DNA of 64,000 nt from an uncultured Planctomycetaceae bacterium (GTDB lineage Bacteria > Planctomycetota > Planctomycetia > Isosphaerales > Isosphaeraceae). A model generated the notes under the pieces. The model ran no database searches, was not told where the DNA came from, and saw nothing but the letters and a program-made list of their open reading frames with translations. This document shows, piece after piece, positions 11,560 through 20,302 of this stretch. Location of the stretch: NCBI GenBank assembly GCA_963833985.1, contig CAWIAD010000002.1, positions 2,592,001 to 2,656,000 of the forward strand, read 5' to 3'. A program made the translations under genes and the position numbers. Numbering within the stretch: the stretch's first letter is position 1; every line of letters begins with the position of its first letter.

Positions 11560-11634
11560 TCAGTATGAGATTCTCTAAATTCCAGTGATTCTTGGGTTTG
11601 CGTGCTGGCCTTGAAGGCCCGCGCGTTGCCTGCC

Positions 11635-11670
11635 GGCGAGAAAACCGCCACGCGTGGCGAAAAAGTCGCC
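11635..11670. promoter_or_regulatory. Tandem palindromic enhancer-like sites GGCG-N7-CGCC x2
   Basis: GGCGAGAAAACCGCC (11635-11649) and GGCGAAAAAGTCGCC (11656-11670), 21 bp apart, next to an NtrC-family operon. Confidence 0.6.
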
Positions 11671-11701
11671 GGGGAATCGGGTCTGGCACGGGTGAGGTCG
11701 C

Positions 11702-13123
11702 ATGCGCTGGTCGATCCGCCAACAGGTGCTGCTGCCGATCGTGGCGATCCAGGCCCTGGCGATCGCGGCGATCACCGTCGCCTCCATGCTGCTGGCGGCG
11801 CGGCGGACCGAGCGGCAGATCATCGAGCGTGTCACCGGTGTGGTCGATGCGCTGGGCGGCTCAGCCTTTCCTCTCACCGAGGGGATCTTGAACCGCATGC
11901 ACAGTCTCTCCGGCGCCCGCTTTGTGGCCTACGGGCGAGACGGCTTGCCGGCGGCCGCCAGCGAACCGGGACTGGCGGCCGGTGCACCAGCGATCGAGGC
12001 CATCCCGGTACGCAGCCAGGAACGCATCGACAGACTGAGCGGCGCGCCGGCCGTGACGATCCGGGGCGAGAGCCATCTCGCCGTGCTCATCGGCCCGCGC
12101 CCGGCCACATCCGGGACCGCGCTGCTGGTGCTTTATCCGGAGTCGAGCTGGCGCGAGGCGCGGTGGGAATCTGCCCAGGTGCCGCTGGTCCTGGGGGCAG
12201 GGGCGCTGGTGCTGCTGGCCTGCGCGACGTCCTGGGTTGCTCACCGCATCAGCGAGCGCGTCCGCATCCTCGAACACCAGGTGGCCCGCATCGCGGAAGG
12301 CGATTTCCGAGAGCTGGCGATCCCCCATAACCGCCCGCGTGACGAGGTGACCGACCTGGCCCGCTCCATCAACCGCATGTGCGTGCAGTTGCGCCAGATG
12401 AGCCAGACGATCCGCCAGAACGAACGCGCCCACACACTGGCGCAGCTCGCCGCGGGGACCGCGCACCAGCTTCGCAACGCCCTCACCGGCGCGGCTGAGC
12501 CTTCAGCTCCACGGCAAGCGGTGCGACCTGGCGCGCACCGACCCCAGCCTGGAGGTGGCCCAGAAGCAACTGGCACTGATCGAGGAGCAGGTGCGGGGGC
12601 TCCTGACGCTTGGCCAGCTCGAGGTCCGGACGCTTGCCGACTGCAAGCTTGTGGCACTCTTGCACGAGGTCGCCGCGCTGCTGGAAGCCACCAGCCAGCA
12701 CGCCCGGGTCTCGCTCCGCGTGGAACCCGGACCGGACGGATCGGACGTCCTGGTTTCGGCCGACGCGCCGAGCCTGCGCCAGCCGTCCTGAACATGGTCC
12801 TCAACGGTATCGAGGCCGCCGGCCCGGGCGGCTCGGTGCTGCTGGCCCTCCGGGGCGGCGGTGCGGCACACACCATCGAGGTGAGCGATGATGGACCGGG
12901 TCCTCCAGAGGACCTCGGAGACAGCGTCTTCGATCCGTTCGTGACCGCCAAGCCCGAGGGAGTGGGGCTCGGCCTTGCTCTGGCCCGCCAGGTGGCCCAA
13001 GCGCATCATGGAAGCGTGTCGTGGGCACGCGAGGGAGGATTCACCCGGTTCCGGCTGACCTTGCCCGGCAATGGCACACCCGGCCACGCAAACGAAGCTC
13101 ATGAGCCATGTCCTGATCGTTGA
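11702..13123 (+). CDS. HAMP-domain sensor histidine kinase; two compensating frameshifts (~12493, ~12783)
   Basis: Two TM segments, HAMP (DEVTDLARSIN), H-box AHQLRNAL, N box NMVLNG, DDGPG, FDPFVTAK, GVGLGL. The middle segment is in the 12555-12791 frame. Confidence 0.9.
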   Translation: MRWSIRQQVLLPIVAIQALAIAAITVASMLLAARRTERQIIERVTGVVDALGGSAFPLTEGILNRMHSLSGARFVAYGRDGLPAAASEPGLAAGAPAIEAIPVRSQERIDRLSGAPAVTIRGESHLAVLIGPRPATSGTALLVLYPESSWREARWESAQVPLVLGAGALVLLACATSWVAHRISERVRILEHQVARIAEGDFRELAIPHNRPRDEVTDLARSINRMCVQLRQMSQTIRQNERAHTLAQLAAGTAHQLRNALTGAAEPSAPRQAVRPGAHRPQPGGGPEATGTDRGAGAGAPDAWPARGPDACRLQACGTLARGRRAAGSHQPARPGLAPRGTRTGRIGRPGFGRRAEPAPAVLNMVLNGIEAAGPGGSVLLALRGGGAAHTIEVSDDGPGPPEDLGDSVFDPFVTAKPEGVGLGLALARQVAQAHHGSVSWAREGGFTRFRLTLPGNGTPGHANEAHEPCPDR

Positions 13124-14534
13124 TGATGAGGCGAGCATCTGCTGGGCGCTGCGGGAGTTCCTGGGGGACCTCGGGCATACCGTCGATGTGGCGTCGTCCG
13201 CGGAAGAAGGGCTGGAGCTGGCCGGGCGCGGGCCCCCCGACGCCGTGATCCTCGACGTTCGCCTGCCGGGGGTCGACGGCCTCTCGGCGCTGGGCCGGTT
13301 CCGCGAGCTGGCCGGCCCGGCTCCCATCATCGTGATCACGGCGTTCGGCAACCTGGACACGGCGGTCCGGGCACTGGAGGGCGGCGCGTTCGATTACCTG
13401 GTGAAGCCTTTCGATCTCGATCAAGCTTCCTCCGTGATCGCCCGCGCCCTCACCGGACGGCCAGGCCCGGCGGAGAACGACGGCAAGACGGCGGCCTCGG
13501 GCACGCTCACCAGGGCGGAATCTTCGCTTCTGATCGGCCACTCACCGGCCATGCAGGAGCTCTACAAGCAGATTGCGCTGGTGGCGCCGACGGACGTTCC
13601 GGTACTGATCACCGGTGAGAGCGGCACCGGCAAGGAGCTCGTGGCCCGGGCCATCCATCGCCACAGTGCGCGACGGAGCAGGACATTCGTCCCCATCTGC
13701 GTGGCGGCCCTCAGCTCGAGCCTCATCGAACGCGAGCTGTTCGGCCACCTCCGCGGCTCGTTCACCGGCGCCGTTCAGGATCGCAAGGGGGTGCTGGAGC
13801 TGGCGGCCGGCGGCACGGTGCTGCTCGATGAGATCGGCGACGTGCCGCCGGCCGTTCAGGTGAAGCTGCTGCGCACCATCGAGCACCACGAGGTGACTCC
13901 CGTGGGCGATGCCCGTCCCCGGCCGGTGGATGTGCGCTTCCTGGCCGCGACTAACCGGCCGCTGGGCGAGCTCATGGCGTCCGGCGAATTCCGGGAGGAT
14001 CTCTTCTTCAGGCTCAGCGTCTTTCCGATCCGCCTGCCTCCGCTGCGCGACCGGCGCGACGACATCCCGGCGCTGGCCGCCCATTTCCTCAGCCTCTTGA
14101 ACGGGCCGAGCCCCGAGCGGGTCGTGCTCCGCGAGGAGGTGGTCCGAGAGCTGCGGTCACGGCCCTGGCTGGGCAACGTCCGCGAGCTCCGGAATGCGAT
14201 CGAGCGGGCGGCGATCGTTGCCCGCGGCCGCGACATCCACCTTGAGCACCTGCCTCCGCCCGCGGAGCCCGTGCCAGGGCCACCCGCGCCCTCCGCGGTC
14301 GCCGAGGCGATCAGCGGCCAGATCACCGCCTGGTTCGAGCACGAGCGGCATGCAACCAACCAGTCGGCAGCCGCCGAGGCCACACTCTACGACCGGTTCC
14401 TTGCGGTGGTCGAACCCCCGTTGCTGCGGGCACTGCTCAGCCGCAACCAGGGCAACCGTGCCAGCGCGGCCGTCGAGCTGGGCATCCACCGTGCCACCTT
14501 GCGGCAGAAGCTGAAACGCTACGGCATCGAATGA
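13101..14534 (+). CDS. Sigma-54-dependent NtrC-family response regulator (REC-AAA+-HTH_8)
   Basis: VLIVDDE, DVRLP, GESGTGKE, GSFTGA, DEIGD, FREDLFFRL, W.GNVRELRN and a C-terminal Fis-type HTH. Confidence 0.95.
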   Translation: MSHVLIVDDEASICWALREFLGDLGHTVDVASSAEEGLELAGRGPPDAVILDVRLPGVDGLSALGRFRELAGPAPIIVITAFGNLDTAVRALEGGAFDYLVKPFDLDQASSVIARALTGRPGPAENDGKTAASGTLTRAESSLLIGHSPAMQELYKQIALVAPTDVPVLITGESGTGKELVARAIHRHSARRSRTFVPICVAALSSSLIERELFGHLRGSFTGAVQDRKGVLELAAGGTVLLDEIGDVPPAVQVKLLRTIEHHEVTPVGDARPRPVDVRFLAATNRPLGELMASGEFREDLFFRLSVFPIRLPPLRDRRDDIPALAAHFLSLLNGPSPERVVLREEVVRELRSRPWLGNVRELRNAIERAAIVARGRDIHLEHLPPPAEPVPGPPAPSAVAEAISGQITAWFEHERHATNQSAAAEATLYDRFLAVVEPPLLRALLSRNQGNRASAAVELGIHRATLRQKLKRYGIE

Positions 14535-14553
14535 ACGGGTCCCGCCTTTGGGC

Positions 14554-15165
14554 TCATGCCTGATCCACCCTACGGTCAAGGTGTTCGGCCGGTATCCACC
14601 ACGGACCCGGCGCGGGCGGGCGGTAGGGCTCGAGCCGGACGGGACGCAGGCCCCGCGTCCCGCCCAGGTGATGGGCTGGAACCGACCGGACCGGCACGGG
14701 CACAAGCGCTCGGAACAGGCGCTGTCGGGCGCGCACCAGCAGGCCGAGATTCACCGCACCGGCCAGCAGCGGGCCGCCAAACACCCAGAACGCCAGCAAC
14801 CCCGTCCGGGGCAGGCGGATGGAGTGGTTCTGGATACCGGCCTTCAGGAACAGGAACTCCACGAGCAGGCCCATCATCAGGCCCGTCATCACGAGCATGA
14901 ACCGCCAGCGGTTGCATGCAATCCAGTCCAGGGGGGCGAGGATGGTCAGCCAGAGTGCGATGATCCCGGCAACCGCGGGGAAACCCATTGAAAAGTTGCT
15001 CATTGCACCCTCCAGGCTCCAGCAATTCAGTCCAAAGCAGACGCTGGAGATCAGTAAGACCGAGGCGTTCAGGCCGGGCAAGATCGTGACCGGGTAGCTC
15101 AGGGCCGCGGCGCACCAGCGCCAAGCGGTGATCTGACCTCGACGGTGCTTGGCGCTCAAATCCAT
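14554..15165 (-). CDS. Hypothetical membrane protein
   Basis: The 3' part of ORF 14554-16026 encodes about 4 hydrophobic segments. Start uncertain. Confidence 0.5.
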   Translation of the reverse strand: MDLSAKHRRGQITAWRWCAAALSYPVTILPGLNASVLLISSVCFGLNCWSLEGAMSNFSMGFPAVAGIIALWLTILAPLDWIACNRWRFMLVMTGLMMGLLVEFLFLKAGIQNHSIRLPRTGLLAFWVFGGPLLAGAVNLGLLVRARQRLFRALVPVPVRSVPAHHLGGTRGLRPVRLEPYRPPAPGPWWIPAEHLDRRVDQA

Positions 15166-15399
15166 GCTCGACCCCATTCCGGACCGATGGCGCACGCCAT
15201 CATGCGGCGGTCCGCGTTTCAATCTATCGGGATCTGGGCCCGCGGCCTGAAGCCGGAACGCATGAACCGGATGACTGCCCCTCTCCGCTTCGGACCCTGT
15301 CCTACAGTTGATGGTGCTGGGACCCTGCACCCGGTGCGCGAGGCGCGCTGGCCTTGGGGCATGGCCCGGCAGTGCCCACCGCCCCCTCTGGAGCGTCTC

Positions 15400-17633
15400 G
15401 TGACCAACCGGCGCGGATCGGCCCTGCTCATCCTCTTCGGGCTCACGCTCTTCACCGGAGCGCTCCTGCTCTTCTGCGTGCAGCCGATGGCCGCCAGGAT
15501 GGTCCTGCCGTTGCTCGGCGGCTCGCCGGCGGTCTGGACCACCTGCATGGTCTTCTTTCAGGCGATGCTCCTGGCGGGTTATGCCTACGCGCACGCCTCG
15601 ACGCGCTGGCTCGGTCCGCGCTTTCAAGTGGCGGTCCAGTCCATCTTGCTCCTGCTTCCTCTCGCTTCCCTCCCCTTTGGCATTCCCGCGACCGCGGCTC
15701 GGTCGTTGTCCCCCGGAACGGACCCCACCGGCTGGCTCTTCGGAGTCTTGCTGCACATGGTCGCCTTGCCGTTCTTCGTGGTGGCCACCACGGCTCCCCT
15801 CCTGCAAAGCTGGTTCAGCCGATCCAGTCATCCCGCGGCGTCCGACCCCTATTTCCTGTACATCGCCAGCAACTGCGGCAGCATGCTGGCGCTGGCTGCC
15901 TACCCGCTGCTGATCGAGCCCAACCTGCTGCTGGGACAGCAGAGCCTGGCCTGGTCCGCCGGTTACGCGGCTTATGCCGTGCTGGTCTGCGCCTGTGCCG
16001 CGACCTGGGGCATGGGGCAAGGCCACACAACCATGTCTGCCGGTGCGGTCGGCCGGCGCGCCGCGCCATCGGAGCTCTCAAGCCGGCAGGTCCTCCACTG
16101 GGTCGTCCTCTCGTTCATTCCGACCGGCCTCATGCTGGGTGTGACCGCGTACATGACGACCGACATTGCCGCCATTCCCATGCTCTGGGTGATCCCCCTG
16201 GGCCTTTACCTGCTCTCGTTCATCGTCACCTTCGCGCGGCGTCCGGTGCTTCCGCACGCCTGGATGGTGCGGGCCTTACCGATGGCGGCCGTTCTCCTGA
16301 CGCTCATCCTCAGCATCTCATCCGTGGCGCAGCCGATCGTCCTGCCCGTTCACCTGGCCGCGTTCTTCCTGGCGGCCATGGTGTGTCATGGCGAGCTCGT
16401 GCGGCGCAGGCCCACCCAGGAGCACCTCACGGCGTTCTACCTGGCGCTTTCTTGTGGAGGAGTGCTGGGCGGAGTCTTCAATGCTCTGCTGGCTCCGCTT
16501 CTGTTCGACCGGATCGCGGAGTATCCGCTGGCCCTGGTGCTTGCCTGCCTGGTCTTGCCGCAGGCCCGCGCCGACCGCGAGGAAAGGTCCCGGTGGTTCC
16601 TCGACGCAGCCGTGGCGCTGGGGGTCGGGCTGCTCGCGCTGGGACTGGCCAGGTGGACCCAGGGTCCATCGGCCTCCACGCGGGACGGCCTTTCCGCCAG
16701 GCTCGCGTTCGGGCTGCCAGCAATGCTCTGTTATGCCTTCAAGGATCGTCCGCCGCGGTTCGCGCTGGGCCTCGGCGCCGTGCTGCTGGCTGCCGGTGTC
16801 TCACCGGGGACCTCCGGCCTGGTGCTCTTCCAGGAGCGCAACTACTTTGGGGTTGTCCGCGTCACACGCGACCAGGACGGCCGATTCCACCGCCTGATCC
16901 ACGGCCATACTCTTCATGGCCAGCAAGCGCTCGACCCCGCGCGGCGGTCGGAACCTCTCACCTACTACCACCGCACGGGGCCAGTCGGACAGGTCTTCGA
17001 GACGCTGCAAACGCGGCAGACGGGGTTGAACGTGGCCCTGGTGGGACTGGGCGCGGGGTCTCTGGCCGCCTATGGCCGGCCTGGTGATCGCATGACCTAT
17101 TACGAGATCGATCCCATCGTGGTCCGGATCGCGCGTGATCCAGGCTATTTTACCTTTCTGAGCGGCAGCAGGGCGGGCTCCGTGAACGTCGTCCTGGGCG
17201 ATGCGCGGCTGCGGCTGGCCGATGCGCCCGATCGCGACGTCGACCTGCTCGTCCTGGACGCCTTCAGCTCGGACGCCATTCCCGCGCACCTGCTGACCCG
17301 GGAGGCCCTGCGGCTCTACCGCCAGAAGCTGGCAGAGGGTGGCATGATGGCCTTTCACATCAGCAACAAGTGCATCGATCTGGCACCCATCCTGGGCCTG
17401 CTGGCTCGGGACGCGGGCCTCCGCTGCCTGGTCCGCCGTGACCTGGACCTTCCGGCCGTCGACCTGGAGTCAGGGAAGGAGCCGTCAACCTGGGCGGTGC
17501 TCGCCGCCCCCAGCGCGGATCTGGGCTCCATCGCGGCCGATGCGCCTGGGCCGCACCACGCGTGCCCGAACGGGAAGCCGTGTGGACCGATGACTTCTCG
17601 AGCATCATCGGCCACCTGCGGTGGCAGCCCTGA
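15400..17633 (+). CDS. Fused MFS/spermidine synthase-like membrane protein; frameshift near 17546
   Basis: VQPMAARMVLPLLGGSPAVW, HG..LHGQQ, VGLGAGSLA, YEIDP, GDARL, DAFSSDAIP. The C-terminal WTDDFSSI motif is in the shifted frame ending at TGA 17633. GTG 15400 follows GGAG. Confidence 0.88.
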
Positions 17634-17787
17634 TCGCGCCGGGCGCCTCGTGGGCCGGAGCGTGTTCCTGCTGGATCTGGCAGAGCCCAGGAAACGGCTC
17701 GACCCGGGCCACGAGCCCGGGTCGGCCTGGAGCTGGTCGGGTCGATAAGCGGTCACGAACGATCCCCCGACGGGAGGACGATCCGGT

Positions 17788-18345
17788 TCAATCCTTCAGC
17801 AGCTTCGGCACGTCTTCCATGATGGCATGGATATCCTGGTCGTTCAGCTCGCCCTTGAAGGCGCGGTTGAACTTGACCTGGTGGTGTTTCCACATCAGCA
17901 CGGTGACGTCCGCATCACGAGCAAGCTCGTAGTCGGGAGGACCGTCGGGGCTTTCGCCGATGGTCAGGGGGACATGCTGGATGCCGGCGTCCTTGGCCAG
18001 CTTCACCAGGGCTTCCGCGGGGTGTTCGCCCTTCTTGGGCGTGAGAACCACAAAGCTCTTCAGCTTGTTGTTTTCGCCGATCTGCGCGTCAATCTGCTTG
18101 ACCAGACTGGCCAAGGGTTCGGAGGTCTTGCGGGCGAAGACGCAGACCACCGGAGCATTACCGTACCTTCAGCGGTAGCACAGGGTTTTACCCTTGTTCG
18201 GCCCGGTGATGTCGTCAACCTCGAACGGGCTGACGGCATCGCCGGGCTTCAAACCAGATTTTGCGGCATCACCCGCGACGATGGTCCCCACCAGGGCGAT
18301 GGAGACCAGCGCGACGGGGAAGCCGACAGCGAAGCGGTATCGCAT
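17788..18345 (-). CDS. Secreted redoxin/thioredoxin-like protein with in-frame TGA (candidate selenoprotein, CxxU)
   Basis: ORFs 18169-18351 and 17788-18150 are in the same frame, separated only by TGA 18171-18169 (KTLCYR*RYGNAPVVCVFAR). Signal peptide; GAGGAG 6 nt before ATG 18345. Confidence 0.75.
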
Positions 18346-18411
18346 GGGCATCTCCTCGAGCTGGACCCGACCAGGAGTCCAGCATCCAGTGTCGATTTCC
18401 GGCCATCCCTG

Positions 18412-20280
18412 TCAAGAGGTCGGGGACGGCACGCGGCCGGCGTGCGGCAGAAGCCAGCCATTCCCGGTGCCGGACCGCTCGGACGCCCGCACAGCCTTAG
18501 CTTGGCCCGTGTGCACGGGCAGGGCGGGAGGCGGCACGTTCCACCAGTCCCAGCGATACGAGGCCGGCGGAGGCAGGCCGATGCCCGGAATTCCCAGGTC
18601 CTCGGGCCGTCTCAGCTTTTGCCGCAGCAGCTCCGCGCTCTGGGCGAAGCGCTGGTGCTTCGCCTCTCGCTCCGTCGAATCGTAACGGGCCACGCAGCCG
18701 TGCTTGTAGTACATGCCCGACTTGACGCACGCTCCGGCCCAGACTCCGTCGTCCACCTGGAAGTGCGCGGCGCACTGCCAGGGGTCCAGGTGCGGAGGGG
18801 CGCTCCCCTCTTGCCCCAGGCCCAGCGCCCGCCGCTCGTAGAGCCGGTCAAGCACGGCCTGCGCCAGGTTCAAATGACTGGCGAAGCTGGGGTGGTGGGC
18901 GTCGTGGCAGATGGCGTCGTCGAGGATCCCATGCCGGCTGCCGGGCCGGAGGACCTCGGAGCCCTCGACCAGGATGCAGTGATGGCGGGCCGCGACCTCC
19001 TTGTAAAACTGCGCGAAGTCGCTGCGGCAGCGGACCGGAAAACCGTCGAGGTCGCGAGCACGGATGTAATGAGCCCGCGCCTCGTCGTAGGCGCCCGCGT
19101 GCTCCAGCAGGCGTCCCAGCCGGAAATGGGCCTCGGCAAAACGCTCCTGGCGGTCAAGCAGCGCTCGATACCGCGCCTGGGCCAGCGCCGAGTCGCTCGC
19201 TTCGGTCGCCCGCGCCTCCTCGAACTGCCTCGTCAGCGCGGCCCGCTCTGCCGCCGTGACGCGCGCCGGCAGGACGGTGCGGTTCGGCTCGAAGCCCGAC
19301 TCATTGCTCGGCGGGATCACCAGGATCGGCACCGCGCCGATCTGCTCGCAGTAGCTGACGATCGCCTCCAGCCGGCGTCGAAAACCGGTGACGATGTCCA
19401 GCAGCTCCGACGGAGTGAAGGCCGGGGCGTCGATGATCTGATGGTCGCGGATGGTCGGGGGCGGCCCGCCCAGACGGTGCTTGCGCACGGTCTCATAGAC
19501 CCACAGGCAAAAAGGCGAATGCAGGCTGAGCTGGTAGGCTGCGCTCAGCAAGGCGCCTTCGGGCGCTTCAGTGTATCCCGCGTCACGCAGCGTTTCGAAC
19601 CGTGAGAGGAATTCGTTGTGGCCCGAGAAGACGATGATGGCGTCGGGCCTTCGCGTCAGTTTCGTGAGCTCCATGTGCATATCTTCCAGGCTCCGTCCCA
19701 GGTTGGCCCGGATGTCCAGGTCCACGTGCCTGCCGGGCCGCGCCAGCTCAAGTTGCCAGCCGACGAGACGGCCCATCGAGATGACCGGATCGTAGGGGTA
19801 GCCCATGGCACTTGAGCCGCCCAGGACCACCAGGGAGAGCGCATCGCCGGCCGGCGCAGGGTCGGCAAAACGCGTGGGAAGCACCGGCATCCGGTGGACC
19901 CAGCCCAGCCAGGCCGCGGCCGCCAGCTCCAGGCACAGGACGGCCAGCACTGCCGACCCGCACACCAGCGCCAGTCTGGCCACAAACCGCCTGCGCTGGC
20001 CGCGCCGGCGGGCCCGGATCACCAGCCAGACCGAGCCGGCCAGAAGCAGCGGAGCCAGGACCACGACCAGCCCGTAGGCCGCCAGCAGCGCCCGCAGGAA
20101 GAGCTCGGTGAGGCGCCGGCCCAGCTCTCTGGGAACCAGCGGGGCCCAGGCGTCCCCGACGAACAGACCGCTGGACAGCAGCGACAGGAAAGCGAACGGC
20201 AAGACCCAGCGCGCCACGTTGCGCCACTGCACGCGCCGCGACGCCGAATCACTACTTTCTGGGTGTGTTCCCTCGGTCAT
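18412..20280 (-). CDS. Membrane-anchored SGNH/GDSL-like hydrolase with TPR region
   Basis: Three N-terminal TM segments; VLGGSSAMG, GHNEF, AEAHFRLGRLLE (TPR-like), D.HHP. Confidence 0.7.
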   Translation of the reverse strand: MTEGTHPESSDSASRRVQWRNVARWVLPFAFLSLLSSGLFVGDAWAPLVPRELGRRLTELFLRALLAAYGLVVVLAPLLLAGSVWLVIRARRRGQRRRFVARLALVCGSAVLAVLCLELAAAAWLGWVHRMPVLPTRFADPAPAGDALSLVVLGGSSAMGYPYDPVISMGRLVGWQLELARPGRHVDLDIRANLGRSLEDMHMELTKLTRRPDAIIVFSGHNEFLSRFETLRDAGYTEAPEGALLSAAYQLSLHSPFCLWVYETVRKHRLGGPPPTIRDHQIIDAPAFTPSELLDIVTGFRRRLEAIVSYCEQIGAVPILVIPPSNESGFEPNRTVLPARVTAAERAALTRQFEEARATEASDSALAQARYRALLDRQERFAEAHFRLGRLLEHAGAYDEARAHYIRARDLDGFPVRCRSDFAQFYKEVAARHHCILVEGSEVLRPGSRHGILDDAICHDAHHPSFASHLNLAQAVLDRLYERRALGLGQEGSAPPHLDPWQCAAHFQVDDGVWAGACVKSGMYYKHGCVARYDSTEREAKHQRFAQSAELLRQKLRRPEDLGIPGIGLPPPASYRWDWWNVPPPALPVHTGQAKAVRASERSGTGNGWLLPHAGRVPSPTS

Positions 20281-20302
20281 CGATCACGCGCCTTCTTGAG
20301 CC

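Noticed and set aside
11684..11701. TGGCACG as a sigma-54 promoter for the kinase operon
   Set aside because: Spacing gives GG-N10-GT, not GC, and it abuts the start codon.
14548..14573. GTAG-type REP (minus strand GTAGGGTGGATCAGG)
   Set aside because: Only the left arm is present, with no complementary arm; at most a remnant.
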